Sequence record: NC_020204.1
Reading direction: 5' to 3' (one strand)
DNA length: 48,814 nucleotides
Origin: Klebsiella phage JD001
In this document: positions 1 to 8,900 of the stretch, piece by piece
Layout: every line of letters begins with the position of its first letter
Position numbering within the stretch: the stretch's first letter is position 1
The notes under the pieces: generated by a model
What the model saw: only the letters and a program-made list of their open reading frames with translations
Databases searched by the model: none
Told to the model about the DNA's origin: nothing
Position numbers and translations under genes: made by a program

Positions 1-54
1 CGTGTCATTGGTGACGTTCTGTAAAAACGAGCGGCGCTGGTTAATGTCGGTCAT
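1..54 (-). CDS. 5' end of a minus-strand gene running off the left edge (MTDINQRRSFLQNVTNDT...); probable true N-terminus of the baseplate spike gene if the window ends are joined
   Basis: ATG at 54..52 preceded by strong RBS GGAGGG; 18 codons to position 1 with no stop; in frame with 48814..48194 across a virtual end-join. Confidence 0.4.
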   Translation of the reverse strand, partial: MTDINQRRSFLQNVTNDT

Positions 55-89
55 GTCGCCCTCCTGTGAAAATAATGTCAAGTATACTA

Positions 90-118
90 TTGACACTCAC
101 GTCAAACAATGTAATTAT
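90..118 (+). promoter_or_regulatory. early-type promoter, palindromic -35 TTGACA-CTCA-CGTCAA plus AATTAT -10
   Basis: one-mismatch member of the TTGACG-N4-CGTCAA promoter family found at 9 other sites; 17-nt spacer to -10-like hexamer; fires into a region without a convincing ORF. Confidence 0.35.
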
Positions 119-444
119 TTATTCACAGGCATGTAGCACATGTGTCTTTAGCGGTCCGGGGTGTCCTATTCCTTCGCATCAGCGGGTAGCCGAAATGTGT
201 AGCCAGACATGCACGAATGCGGCTGGTCACCGTGGCGGTTCGACCAATACAACAGGTAAGAGCATTGGGTAATGTCAGCCTTGGTTCGAAGTCGAAAGAC
301 ATGTGGTAATATCCAGCCCAAGTTCCAGTGCTCTTTCCTGTTGTAACCATCGAGTGAGGTGGTCCAATCTTGCTGACGGGTAAGCCGTAAGTGACTGGAG
401 TAATGTTGCAAACCATAATCTCTCTGTTGTGCTCCTCCATGTTT

Positions 445-468
445 GCCCCGGTTCCCGGGGCTTTTTTT
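445..468 (+). terminator. rho-independent terminator (plus orientation)
   Basis: GCCCCGG-TTC-CCGGGGC hairpin followed by TTTTTTT on the plus strand; the minus-strand version lacks a U tract. Confidence 0.6.
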
Positions 469-1117
469 ACAAATCTAAAAGTGTCGTAACCTGATTGGCG
501 ACATTCGTTGCGGCTGTCTTCACATTGATGTAACCACGCTCAATCAGTCCGGATATGGATGTACTGGAAACGTCGTTACTGTTCAGCTGATACTGTGCCG
601 GTTGTGAACCGTTCGCCACGCGGTCAAGAGTGACAATCTGCTGCAGTTCGGCAACAAATATCAGTCCGTTCTCATTCTCCGGGTCTTTAGAGCGCCCGAT
701 ACGCTGAATGACCATATTGTTCAGCGTGATTTCACCCGTATCCACTGTGAATACCTGACCGGAGTACATGAAATCAAGCAAAGTGTTCAGTGTCGTACTG
801 GAGCGAGTTTCGTTTGAGCCGCTCAACCACCCTGCGAACAGACCCGCACCCGCGGCAATGAACGGATTGTCATCGACGAGATTCATCAACGCACCTGTGA
901 AATCAGTGATACTAACTTTCAGTGGGTTGTTCGATACTGCACCCGTCATCGTGTAACGAATAGGCCGATAAATAATGTGATCCGCAATCGGCGTACCTGT
1001 CTCAATGGGATACTGCACAATGTCCACACTGGCGTCAAGGTCATCAGACAGGACAGCATCGAACTGAAGCGACCCAAGCTGTGGGCCGCGCTTTACCAGA
1101 AGGTTAATTAAACTCAT
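467..1117 (-). CDS. putative baseplate/tail assembly protein
   Basis: 216-aa ORF translationally coupled (ATGA overlap) to the upstream hub gene, between the hub and the spike gene in tail-gene order. Confidence 0.4.
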   Translation of the reverse strand: MSLINLLVKRGPQLGSLQFDAVLSDDLDASVDIVQYPIETGTPIADHIIYRPIRYTMTGAVSNNPLKVSITDFTGALMNLVDDNPFIAAGAGLFAGWLSGSNETRSSTTLNTLLDFMYSGQVFTVDTGEITLNNMVIQRIGRSKDPENENGLIFVAELQQIVTLDRVANGSQPAQYQLNSNDVSSTSISGLIERGYINVKTAATNVANQVTTLLDL

Positions 1118-2538
1118 AACATGTACGCCTTACCTTGTCTGAATCGTTCCTCAACACGTCGCCACACGTCACCAACAGTAATGTAACCTTTATAGTCCGT
1201 GTCAAGCCCTGCATTCTGATTGTACGCTGTAGAAGGTGATGAGTACATCACGGTTGTGGAAGGTTTACCGATGAATGCCGGACTGAATACAGCCATGTAC
1301 ACATCGCCCATTGTTTTGTAACGCCCTTTATACTGGTTGAGATAATCAGTAATCGGACCCCTCACCTGTTCGGCTGCGGTCATTGACAGGATAATATTTT
1401 TATTGCGACCGTACTTACTCTGAAATGCACTTGTCCATCCGGTGTCGGTAAACTGAAGCAAGCCCACTGCGCCAGATTTACTGTTCTTCGACTGTGGATT
1501 GAAGTTAGACTCCGCAGAGATTACAGCCATAATCCAATTAGGACTGATGCCCAGGATTTGCCCGAGTTTACGCACCTCGGTACGGAAATCCTGCTGCTGA
1601 CTGGCATCCTCACCCTGTACACCAACACGCCCGTAAATAAGACGATTGCCGACATCACTATTTGTCGTGGTGGTATCCATTGACCCGGCGCGCACAGCTT
1701 TGACAAATGTGTACCAGTCGGGACCATGTGTATCGCCAGTGTGTTGAATGGTCTGAACGTTCCAGTCACCTTCCAGTTTAGCGTCAACGGTTGACTGGAA
1801 CTCCACCGCGCCGAAATCGAATTTAGGCCATTTCGATTCGATGTTAAGTACCGATGCGGGTGTCATACGGGGGTCAAGACGCATTTTAACGTCACAGAAT
1901 ACGCCATCAATGCCGCCGTGAAGCGTGGGCGCATCAATCATCCCGGTCGCGGAACTGATTTTGATGGGAGTGGCTTTACGGTCATCAGATGGAAATCCGA
2001 CGAACACCTGTCCAGCGTACAGATGCCATTCGAAGCCATACGCTTTGGCCAGAATATCAAGTTCTTTGCTAATGTCGGAGCTGACGTTGTAGCCGCCAGC
2101 CATGACAATAGAAGTAAATTTATCCACGCCATTGACAAGGTATAATGGCTTCGACCAGTCCTGTGCGAGACTGGTCAAGACGTCAAACAATGTCACACCC
2201 TTGCCGAAACTCGCACTCGTTGTCCCACCGTCGAGCACATTGCTGCCGCTGCGACACGTCACACGTGTGATGATGTCAGTACCGTCACGAATAGTGAAAA
2301 CGTTGGTGACAAATCCGGTAAAAATCTGACCAATGCGCGACTGATACCCGGCGCGAAAAACAACGGTCTGATTCGGTTCAATCTTCGTTGTGGGTGCGAG
2401 GTTCCACAAACGAAACTCACAGGTACTCAGACTGTCGCCGGTATACGTTGTCACATCGAACGAGCACCGAAGCATCGGGTACGACTGTGTGATGAAATTC
2501 TTTGTGTCAATGAGTATTTCATACTGGCGCAAATCCAT
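1114..2538 (-). CDS. tail/baseplate hub-associated protein with lytic transglycosylase (SLT) domain
   Basis: 474 aa; N-terminal part resembles P2 gpD/Mu hub-type proteins (recall); C-terminal region carries an SLT signature ...AVISAESNFNPQSKNSKSGAVGLLQF...; directly downstream of the tape-measure-like gene. Confidence 0.65.
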   Translation of the reverse strand: MDLRQYEILIDTKNFITQSYPMLRCSFDVTTYTGDSLSTCEFRLWNLAPTTKIEPNQTVVFRAGYQSRIGQIFTGFVTNVFTIRDGTDIITRVTCRSGSNVLDGGTTSASFGKGVTLFDVLTSLAQDWSKPLYLVNGVDKFTSIVMAGGYNVSSDISKELDILAKAYGFEWHLYAGQVFVGFPSDDRKATPIKISSATGMIDAPTLHGGIDGVFCDVKMRLDPRMTPASVLNIESKWPKFDFGAVEFQSTVDAKLEGDWNVQTIQHTGDTHGPDWYTFVKAVRAGSMDTTTTNSDVGNRLIYGRVGVQGEDASQQQDFRTEVRKLGQILGISPNWIMAVISAESNFNPQSKNSKSGAVGLLQFTDTGWTSAFQSKYGRNKNIILSMTAAEQVRGPITDYLNQYKGRYKTMGDVYMAVFSPAFIGKPSTTVMYSSPSTAYNQNAGLDTDYKGYITVGDVWRRVEERFRQGKAYML

Positions 2539-2540
2539 TG

Positions 2541-3878
2541 TCAGTAACTCCTTTGCCGGGTCTGGTCAATTGCCTGCGGATACACCTGCGTCTCAAGATG
2601 ATTCACGGTGTAGCGACCAATTGCATTACCGTCCAGTATCACGTCGCCCTGTGTGGTGAAATTGCCGTTAAGCTGAATCGGACGGTTTATGGACTCCATA
2701 ATCTGAGTCAGCTGCTGACTTTGCTGTGCGTAATTATTGGTCACCGGACTTGCTTCGGCACCATATGAACCGTCATTAGCGCCCATTGCCCACGGGGGTA
2801 ATTGTTCGTTGTTTGTGCTACCGTTAATAATTGAATCATTAATGGACTTACCGTTATTATTGAGAAAATCCTGTGTGTTTTTGCCGACGTTCCGGGGGTC
2901 AAATCCTGTTTTATCACCAATCCATGCGGCGGCTTTGTCAGCACTTCCCACCACATACTTGTCATACCATGAGCCGCTGGATATATCGTCAATGAGGTCA
3001 CGGTGATTGTTCATCCAGTTGGTAACACCGCTGGCAAGCGTCAACAGGTCATCAGTCAGGGTTTTAATGCTGGGCGCAAGAATGTCGGCAATGGTGTTAC
3101 CCAGTCCTTCCATTTTCTGCTGCGTGTCGAGAATGGTCTGATTGATTGCATTCAGCGCGGCATTGTGCTGCTCGGTGTAACCCAGTTCAGCGGCACGGGC
3201 TTTTGACACTTCCAGCGTTGTAGCGCCGAACTCCTGCCACACTCTGACGGTAGCCGGGTCGAGACCTAAAACCTCCGCTACGTTGCTCTGACGCGTCGTA
3301 TCGAGGCGCTGGAACTGTCCGGCAATGTCGCTGTAAATATCTTCGCGTGTACGCCCCGTGGGATTATCGATGCGGATTCCCGCGACTGCCAGTTGCTGAA
3401 TCATCCCGGCATCACCAGTCTGAATGCGGTTAATCCCACGCTCAATATTTAAAAGGCTGTTTGTCGTTGCTTGTCGGTCGCCGCCGCGCTGTTCAGCCAG
3501 TGCACCAAGTCCGTAAACCTCAGTGGGTCCAAACTGGCTGGTCACGAGCTGGTTATTCAGGTCGTAAGCCTGTTGCGCTTTCTTCGACTCAAACGCCCAC
3601 GCTGCGCCGACTCCCGCGGCAACACCTGACATCGCAAGTCCGGCAGCTTTGAAAGTGGTGACCAAACTCATAATGCGTGATTTTGAATTTTCTACGCCGG
3701 TCTTAACGCCCTTGTCAAGGGACTTACCGACATCGTCCATCTGGCCACCGGCTTGCTCCGCTGATTTGCCGAGATTGTCAATGTCTTTTTCAGCCTGTTC
3801 AGCACCCTTACCATCGTAAGAGATGCCGAGACCGATGAGGAACTGCGTGATGATGTTAGCCATTATTCGGGTACCCAC
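2541..3878 (-). CDS. putative tail tape measure protein
   Basis: 445 aa, Ala/Gly-rich hydrophobic segment (AAGLAMSGVAAGVGAAWAF), Gln/Asn-rich C-terminus; positioned after tube and chaperone-sized genes. Confidence 0.45.
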   Translation of the reverse strand: MGTRIMANIITQFLIGLGISYDGKGAEQAEKDIDNLGKSAEQAGGQMDDVGKSLDKGVKTGVENSKSRIMSLVTTFKAAGLAMSGVAAGVGAAWAFESKKAQQAYDLNNQLVTSQFGPTEVYGLGALAEQRGGDRQATTNSLLNIERGINRIQTGDAGMIQQLAVAGIRIDNPTGRTREDIYSDIAGQFQRLDTTRQSNVAEVLGLDPATVRVWQEFGATTLEVSKARAAELGYTEQHNAALNAINQTILDTQQKMEGLGNTIADILAPSIKTLTDDLLTLASGVTNWMNNHRDLIDDISSGSWYDKYVVGSADKAAAWIGDKTGFDPRNVGKNTQDFLNNNGKSINDSIINGSTNNEQLPPWAMGANDGSYGAEASPVTNNYAQQSQQLTQIMESINRPIQLNGNFTTQGDVILDGNAIGRYTVNHLETQVYPQAIDQTRQRSY

Positions 3879-4159
3879 AGAAGATGGTTATCAACGCCGA
3901 GGTTATCAATGGTTACCTCATCACCCACGAAGAAGAAGCGGCCCAGTCCGGCGCGGTATGCCTTACTAACCTCAGCATTTGGGACAAGCATTGCACCGGT
4001 GATGTAGTTAATACCATCCTGTGAGACAGTCATTGTCCACGCGGGCTTGTCGGTATAGCTGATGTAATCCAGCGCAAAGTCGAGAACATTGTCGCCCAGC
4101 TTGACCGTGAAGGTCTGATGAGAGTTGGACGCACCGTTATTTAGGGGAATTTCTTGCAT
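3863..4159 (-). CDS. hypothetical tail assembly protein
   Basis: 98-aa ORF overlapping the start of the tape-measure-like gene; position typical of tail assembly chaperones. Confidence 0.35.
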   Translation of the reverse strand: MQEIPLNNGASNSHQTFTVKLGDNVLDFALDYISYTDKPAWTMTVSQDGINYITGAMLVPNAEVSKAYRAGLGRFFFVGDEVTIDNLGVDNHLLWVPE

Positions 4160-4345
4160 TGTTTATCGCCTCAATATACTTACCCTGCAACTCATCCATC
4201 GCAAAGTGAAATTGTTCGACTTCAGCAAGCGATATTGTACCATCTTTTAACTGCGCCCATGTGCAAAGAGGCGGGCACACTCCCTCGATACCCGTGCAAA
4301 CACGCATGAAGTACCAGTTAACCGGGCTGGGTCGCCCGGTGCCCC

Positions 4346-4720
4346 TTACTCGTCTTTGTTTGCGTTTTGCACGTAATCGAAAAAATCAGCGTAAACCCAC
4401 AGAAACAATTCGGCCAGCAGAGTGTTTAGCGTCATCATTTTACCGGGGAAATCATTCACCGTGATTTTCGTGTTGGTACCCGCTGTCATTGCTTTACTCA
4501 GGAGCACCTCGGCAATGCGTTGCTTGATGTGATGCGGTACAGCGGTGAGCAACAGGGTTACATCTTTAACACCGAGTTCACCGCCGTTTTTGTAAACGTT
4601 GGCGGCATGTGCGATAAACTGTGCGCTCACCAGGGATAACAGTTCATCCTGCTCAATTGCGGAAGGCATCGCGGCGTTCACGGTGATGTCGCCAGCGGTA
4701 AAAGTTTTAATGAGTGACAT
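4346..4720 (-). CDS. hypothetical tail assembly protein
   Basis: 124-aa ORF between tube-like and tape-measure-like genes. Confidence 0.35.
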   Translation of the reverse strand: MSLIKTFTAGDITVNAAMPSAIEQDELLSLVSAQFIAHAANVYKNGGELGVKDVTLLLTAVPHHIKQRIAEVLLSKAMTAGTNTKITVNDFPGKMMTLNTLLAELFLWVYADFFDYVQNANKDE

Positions 4721-4780
4721 TGTTATTTCTCCGGTTGTTAGTCGCTACAGTGTACACTTGACGAAATCATCATTCAATTG

Positions 4781-4809
4781 TTGACGGCGGCGTCAAGGTG
4801 GGTTATAGT
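4781..4809 (+). promoter_or_regulatory. early promoter: TTGACGGCGGCGTCAA palindrome (-35), 17-nt spacer, TATAGT (-10)
   Basis: read directly; an extra non-palindromic TTGACG at 4758..4763; 30 nt upstream of the 4840 start. Confidence 0.5.
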
Positions 4810-4839
4810 TACCCCAACAGAACAACAGGGGAGTACAAA

Positions 4840-5400
4840 ATGATTCGCGAACAAGACCGTAAAGCATGGCGCAAATTTAAAATTCAGTCGACAGTCATCA
4901 TGGCTGCAGCACTGTCGGCGACAATTTACTGCAACAGCGCCCACGCTGCGACAATCAACGTTGATGTAAGCACGTTAGACAAGCCATATGCGATAACAAT
5001 TCTGAAGAAGTACGATGTGGCTTGTGTGTGGACAAGAAACGAATACGGCAACCTATCGAGTGAAAATGCCGCATACGAGGGTACGGGCGTATGTTGGGAC
5101 GCCACCGCACTGGCAGATGCGGAAAAAAAAGATAAAGAAGGAAAATTGAAATGGATTTCCAACGAGAAATCACCGGAAGAACTGCTCAGGTCGTTGCTAT
5201 CGGATTCAATTGCGGCTTGTGAGGCTGGAATGTATGGTACCGCTACAGGTAACTGGAAACAATACACAGGTATACTCACTTCATTACTCAGTAAATATGG
5301 AGGGAATGCTGGGGCAATGGACAGAATTGGTACGGCTTATGAATACGGTAGGCTGATGAGTAGGTCCAAAGTAGACTGCATAAACTACGTTATGTATTAG
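4840..5400 (+). CDS. secreted protein of unknown function (moron-like, inside tail operon)
   Basis: start chosen at the ATG with RBS GGGGAG (in frame inside track ORF 4798..5400); N-terminus MIREQDRKAWRKFKIQSTVIMAAALSATIYCNSAHA-AT reads as a Sec signal peptide with AHA cleavage site; own promoter and terminator. Confidence 0.5.
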   Translation: MIREQDRKAWRKFKIQSTVIMAAALSATIYCNSAHAATINVDVSTLDKPYAITILKKYDVACVWTRNEYGNLSSENAAYEGTGVCWDATALADAEKKDKEGKLKWISNEKSPEELLRSLLSDSIAACEAGMYGTATGNWKQYTGILTSLLSKYGGNAGAMDRIGTAYEYGRLMSRSKVDCINYVMY

Positions 5401-5424
5401 TTATTCCAAACCAGAAATAACTAA

Positions 5425-5450
5425 GGGGCCAATTGGCCCCCTTTCGTTTA
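5425..5450. terminator. hairpin terminator between convergent genes (GGGGCC-AATT-GGCCCC then CTTTCGTTT)
   Basis: 6-bp GC stem, T-rich tail on plus strand; lies between the 5400 and 5448 gene ends. Confidence 0.5.
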
Positions 5451-5864
5451 GCTTGCTGGACCCTTTGACGCAGTCCACGAACTGAACTCAAAAATCCACT
5501 GGTCATCGGTAATTGTCTGACCGCCGCGCCCGCGCGGACCATCGTTCACAATCACACCTTCTGTACCCACAGCGGCGTCAAGTGTGCCGATTTGAGTATA
5601 GGTCAACTCGATGTTGGCCTTACTCTGAAACAGTCCGTTAATATACGCGGAGTCAGCCGAACCGGGGTTTAGGTTCAGTGTGACACGACGACCCGGGTTG
5701 ATACGGTCCAGACGAATAGCATTACCACCCAGACCACGACGTAATACGGTGGACGCGTCAATTGGTTCATCGGTATACGGCGGGTCAGACTCACCCCAGT
5801 CCGTTATAATTCTTCCCCCGATTGTAACCACCATATTACTTGTGCTAAAATTTTCGATACTCAT
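5448..5864 (-). CDS. putative tail tube protein
   Basis: 138 aa from the internal ATG with RBS GAGGTG (the longer track ORF upstream is antisense to the 5901 homing-endonuclease gene); size and position next to the sheath-like gene; resembles DUF3277-type tube proteins (recall only). Confidence 0.45.
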   Translation of the reverse strand: MSIENFSTSNMVVTIGGRIITDWGESDPPYTDEPIDASTVLRRGLGGNAIRLDRINPGRRVTLNLNPGSADSAYINGLFQSKANIELTYTQIGTLDAAVGTEGVIVNDGPRGRGGQTITDDQWIFEFSSWTASKGPAS

Positions 5865-5900
5865 AAAACACCTCTTCACATGTGAGGAATCAATTATATT

Positions 5901-6788
5901 ATGAACACAGAAGAATTCATAGCCGAGGCTAGACTGGTTCATGGGGACAGGTACGACTATTCGAAGGCAGTTTATCATTACCGAACCCCCGTGACCATAA
6001 CCTGCAAAATACACGGAGATTTTCAAATTCGCTACGACCACCACATCGGGAAGAAGCGCGGCGGTTGTAGACAGTGCTACTTTGACTCGATGAGGGGAAC
6101 AAAAGAAGAATTCATAGCCAAGGCTAGACTGGTTCATGGGGACAGGTACGACTATTCGAAATTTGAGTACGTAAACTCACAAACCAAATCGATAATCATC
6201 TGCCCAAAACATGGTGAATTCACGCATACTCCCGCATCACATCTCAACAAATGCGGATGCCCTACGTGTAGGAGCATAAGGCAGCGAATCCCGCTATCGC
6301 AGTTTGTTGAAAAAGCAAAATCTATTCATAACAATAAGTATGACTACTCAAAAGCGGTATACAATGGCAGTAACGAATACTTAAAAATAATTTGTCCGGA
6401 ACATGGGATTTTCGAAAAAACTCCGGATAATCATTGTCACAAGACGAGACCTCAAGGGTGTCCAAAATGTGTCGAATACTTTGGATATCGTGACATTCTT
6501 CCGGGGTACTTGTATCTGTTCCTGAGCGATGATTCCAAATTCATAAAGATTGGGATATCGAATAACCCCAAAAAAAGAATAAAAAAATTAAAAAAATCAA
6601 CACCTTTTGACTTTAACGTTTTGGAAATTGTTAAATTTAACGACGGTTCCGAGGCGAGAAAATGGGAAAGGACATTCCACAAAATGTACCAATCGGCTGA
6701 ACTTTCGGGTTTCGATGGGTGTACCGAATGGTTTAAATACGATAAGGCTGTTGCCGATTGGTACAGATGGTTAAAAGGGGCCAAATAG
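5901..6788 (+). CDS. homing endonuclease-like protein: tandem zinc-ribbon DNA-binding modules plus C-terminal T5orf172/GIY-YIG-like domain
   Basis: repeated EEFIA(E/K)ARLVHGDRYDYSK ... C..HG.F......GCP.C modules; C-terminal GYLYLF...IKIGIS...KRIK...F motif block; inserted on the opposite strand between sheath and tube genes. Confidence 0.6.
   Translation: MNTEEFIAEARLVHGDRYDYSKAVYHYRTPVTITCKIHGDFQIRYDHHIGKKRGGCRQCYFDSMRGTKEEFIAKARLVHGDRYDYSKFEYVNSQTKSIIICPKHGEFTHTPASHLNKCGCPTCRSIRQRIPLSQFVEKAKSIHNNKYDYSKAVYNGSNEYLKIICPEHGIFEKTPDNHCHKTRPQGCPKCVEYFGYRDILPGYLYLFLSDDSKFIKIGISNNPKKRIKKLKKSTPFDFNVLEIVKFNDGSEARKWERTFHKMYQSAELSGFDGCTEWFKYDKAVADWYRWLKGAK
5910..5965 (+). repeat. intragenic 56-bp direct repeat, copy 1 (copy 2 at 6105..6160, 1 mismatch)
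   Basis: gaagaattcatagcc(g/a)aggctagactggttcatggggacaggtacgactattcgaa seen twice inside the 5901 gene. Confidence 0.85.
6105..6160 (+). repeat. intragenic 56-bp direct repeat, copy 2
   Basis: see copy 1 at 5910..5965. Confidence 0.85.
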
Positions 6789-6797
6789 GCCCCTTCA
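6776..6797. terminator. hairpin AGGGGCC-AAATA-GGCCCCT overlapping the stop of the 5901 gene
   Basis: 7-bp stem; on the minus strand it is followed by TTTTAACC, a plausible attenuator after the sheath-like gene; similar to the 5425 hairpin. Confidence 0.4.
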
Positions 6798-6802
6798 ATT
6801 CA

Positions 6803-7936
6803 TTAATAAACGTCAACGGTGACGTCACAGATGCGGATGCTGCCAGCTTTGAACACACGCATGTTAATCGGTGCAGACTTACGTGCCGCGCGGTCAGAAT
6901 CGGATAGGTCGAGAATATCCGTCGCTTTGGTCAGCACTTCGAAGCCATCGGTGTACGCTTCCAGACCAGTGTCGGGGCTGGTGTAATTGCGCGGGCCGAG
7001 ATAGCGGTTACGGATGTACTGTTTACCGACACGTTTGGCCGCACCAATGAGCGCTTCCTGACCAACCGGAGTCTGCGGAAGTTTGGTGGTCTGGTTAACG
7101 ATGGTGTTGTACAGTTCCACGCGCAGAGAGTTTACAAATGCGTCCAAATCGACGATATCGGAAATAGACTCACCGTAGGTACTGTGTGACCACGTCTGCA
7201 GCCAGCGACCGCTGTCGGTGCTGCCCTGCAGGTCAAGCACGCTGTAGAATGCGCAACGTTTGGCGACCATCGCGTTCTGTTCAGTGTCGGACAGGTCTTC
7301 GGCAGCAACACCCGGAGATTTCTTAAACTCAGTGTCAATAGTGCTGTTGTCGGCGCTGTAATTGACCGAGGCGGAATGCTTGATGAGTGCATAAGCCGCA
7401 TACGGGTCGGTTGCATGAGCCACAGTGAACGCGTGACGATAGCCCAGCGTGTTCAGCTTCGAACAGATGTCATCACCGGCGTCCGGGTTGCGAATTTTAA
7501 CCACAGCCTCACCGGTCTGACTGTTCGGGAACATGATGCTGTTCTCTTCACACCAGGATGCAATCGACAATACGTCCGCCTCTGTTGCCAGCACGTCTTT
7601 GGTAACGAGGGTCCAGTACCAGTAATGCTTGTCAAATGCTTTGGTCAGCGTTGCCTTGATATCAGCATCATCGTCAGCGGTAGCCCACACGGTGAGTTTC
7701 GGTACCGCCGGAGTAGAGCCGAGGAATTTGGCACCGGCCTTGTACGTCTCGGTTGTGGTGGCAAAGTCAGCAGCGAGGGAAGCGGTGGAATAGTAGGTGC
7801 GCACCGTGTCTTCGGTGAAACCTACCGGGAGTTCAGAGTTTTTGGCAAACAACATCGCGGAAGCGAAGTTTGCTGTACTCAATCCCACCGGAGAAATCCG
7901 GGTTGTAATCGGGATGATTTGTTCAATTGGAAACAT
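6803..7936 (-). CDS. putative tail sheath protein
   Basis: 377 aa, first large gene upstream of the tube-like gene; resembles DUF3383-type sheath proteins by recall only. Confidence 0.45.
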   Translation of the reverse strand: MFPIEQIIPITTRISPVGLSTANFASAMLFAKNSELPVGFTEDTVRTYYSTASLAADFATTTETYKAGAKFLGSTPAVPKLTVWATADDDADIKATLTKAFDKHYWYWTLVTKDVLATEADVLSIASWCEENSIMFPNSQTGEAVVKIRNPDAGDDICSKLNTLGYRHAFTVAHATDPYAAYALIKHSASVNYSADNSTIDTEFKKSPGVAAEDLSDTEQNAMVAKRCAFYSVLDLQGSTDSGRWLQTWSHSTYGESISDIVDLDAFVNSLRVELYNTIVNQTTKLPQTPVGQEALIGAAKRVGKQYIRNRYLGPRNYTSPDTGLEAYTDGFEVLTKATDILDLSDSDRAARKSAPINMRVFKAGSIRICDVTVDVY

Positions 7937-7978
7937 GTTTACGAGTCCTCGTAAGTTACAGTGTGCACACGTTGACCA

Positions 7979-8560
7979 TTATATCGAAATTTCGCCGGAT
8001 TGATAGAGTATACCGGATTCTGTTTCCACATAACGTAATTGGACCGTTCCGTTCTCGAAATAGACTTCGGCGTTACCGTCGGCAATGCTGAACGGTACCT
8101 GACGAATGTTATTCACAGTTACCGTATTGACCGACTCGTATAACAACTTGATGGTTATCTGTGACCGTTCTTCGAAATTACTGGCTTGCAGCGCGGTGAG
8201 GTTTTGTATTGGTTCGGTCCCACCCCAACCAATACCCAACTTCCACAGGGGCCAGCACACGTCCGGGCGTTTATGACACTCCTTGAGTAGTTCGGCGTAT
8301 CGCATCGCTTCACCGCGAAAGAAATTGACATCACAGTCGGCGACGATTTGAGCACGAACTTCATACACAATAGTGTCATTCTCGCCGTCTCTCATGACGA
8401 TGTTCGCCTGACCCCGCTCACGAATCGATTGTCGCGGCCTCAGAGAGGCGTAGGGACCTTCCGGAGCCATACCATTAGGGTCGGCAAGGATACACTCAGA
8501 AATGCCCGTCACGTTGATTATATGTGGTCTGAGAGCCGCAAAGATTTCATTGTTGGTCAT
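7979..8560 (-). CDS. hypothetical virion protein (tail completion/neck region)
   Basis: 193-aa ORF in the late operon between head-tail joining genes and the sheath-like gene. Confidence 0.35.
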   Translation of the reverse strand: MTNNEIFAALRPHIINVTGISECILADPNGMAPEGPYASLRPRQSIRERGQANIVMRDGENDTIVYEVRAQIVADCDVNFFRGEAMRYAELLKECHKRPDVCWPLWKLGIGWGGTEPIQNLTALQASNFEERSQITIKLLYESVNTVTVNNIRQVPFSIADGNAEVYFENGTVQLRYVETESGILYQSGEISI

Positions 8561-8900
8561 ACCGATCTACCACCACCCTACAATATTTCCGCCACGGACG
8601 ATTATCGGTTTGGATTACTTTCCAGCGCTGACCCAGGAACACCCATTCGCCATCGAGTGCGATTGAGTCAAGGTCACCATTGTTAACGTATATTTTACGT
8701 GGGTCAACGATGCGCTGACCACCCTGACGCAGAAAATCAATTTCCTTGTCGTTCAGTGGCTGAATGTTCACCGTGAATGCAACTGGTCCGGATGTCGAGG
8801 TGACCCAGATGCCGTCCACGTATGTGCCAGATTTACCCACGTGTGTCGCCGGTACAGATTTAAACACGTTGTCAATATGACCACGCATTGACAGACTCAT
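8547..8900 (-). CDS. hypothetical virion protein
   Basis: 117-aa ORF, overlapping starts and stops within the late operon. Confidence 0.35.
   Translation of the reverse strand: MSLSMRGHIDNVFKSVPATHVGKSGTYVDGIWVTSTSGPVAFTVNIQPLNDKEIDFLRQGGQRIVDPRKIYVNNGDLDSIALDGEWVFLGQRWKVIQTDNRPWRKYCRVVVDRYDQQ

Noticed and set aside
232-300. GGTTCGA strings (236..242 and 284..290) that could be tRNA T-loops
   Set aside because: Neither can be extended to a 5-bp T-stem or a cloverleaf. No tRNA is supported.
66-440. Track ORFs 66..272 (+), 123..440 (-) and 166..411 (-) in the left-end gap
   Set aside because: No RBS. Composition is Thr/Cys/Arg-rich and random-looking. The plus ORF starts upstream of the only promoter. 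The region is better explained as non-coding (see the ncRNA finding).
5425-6797. Similar GGGGCC-loop-GGCCCC hairpins flanking the tube plus homing-endonuclease block, read as possible insertion-site duplications of a mobile cassette
   Set aside because: They are positioned as ordinary terminators and attenuators after the 5400, tube and sheath genes. The stems differ in length and loop, so the similarity is most simply convergent GC-clamp design.
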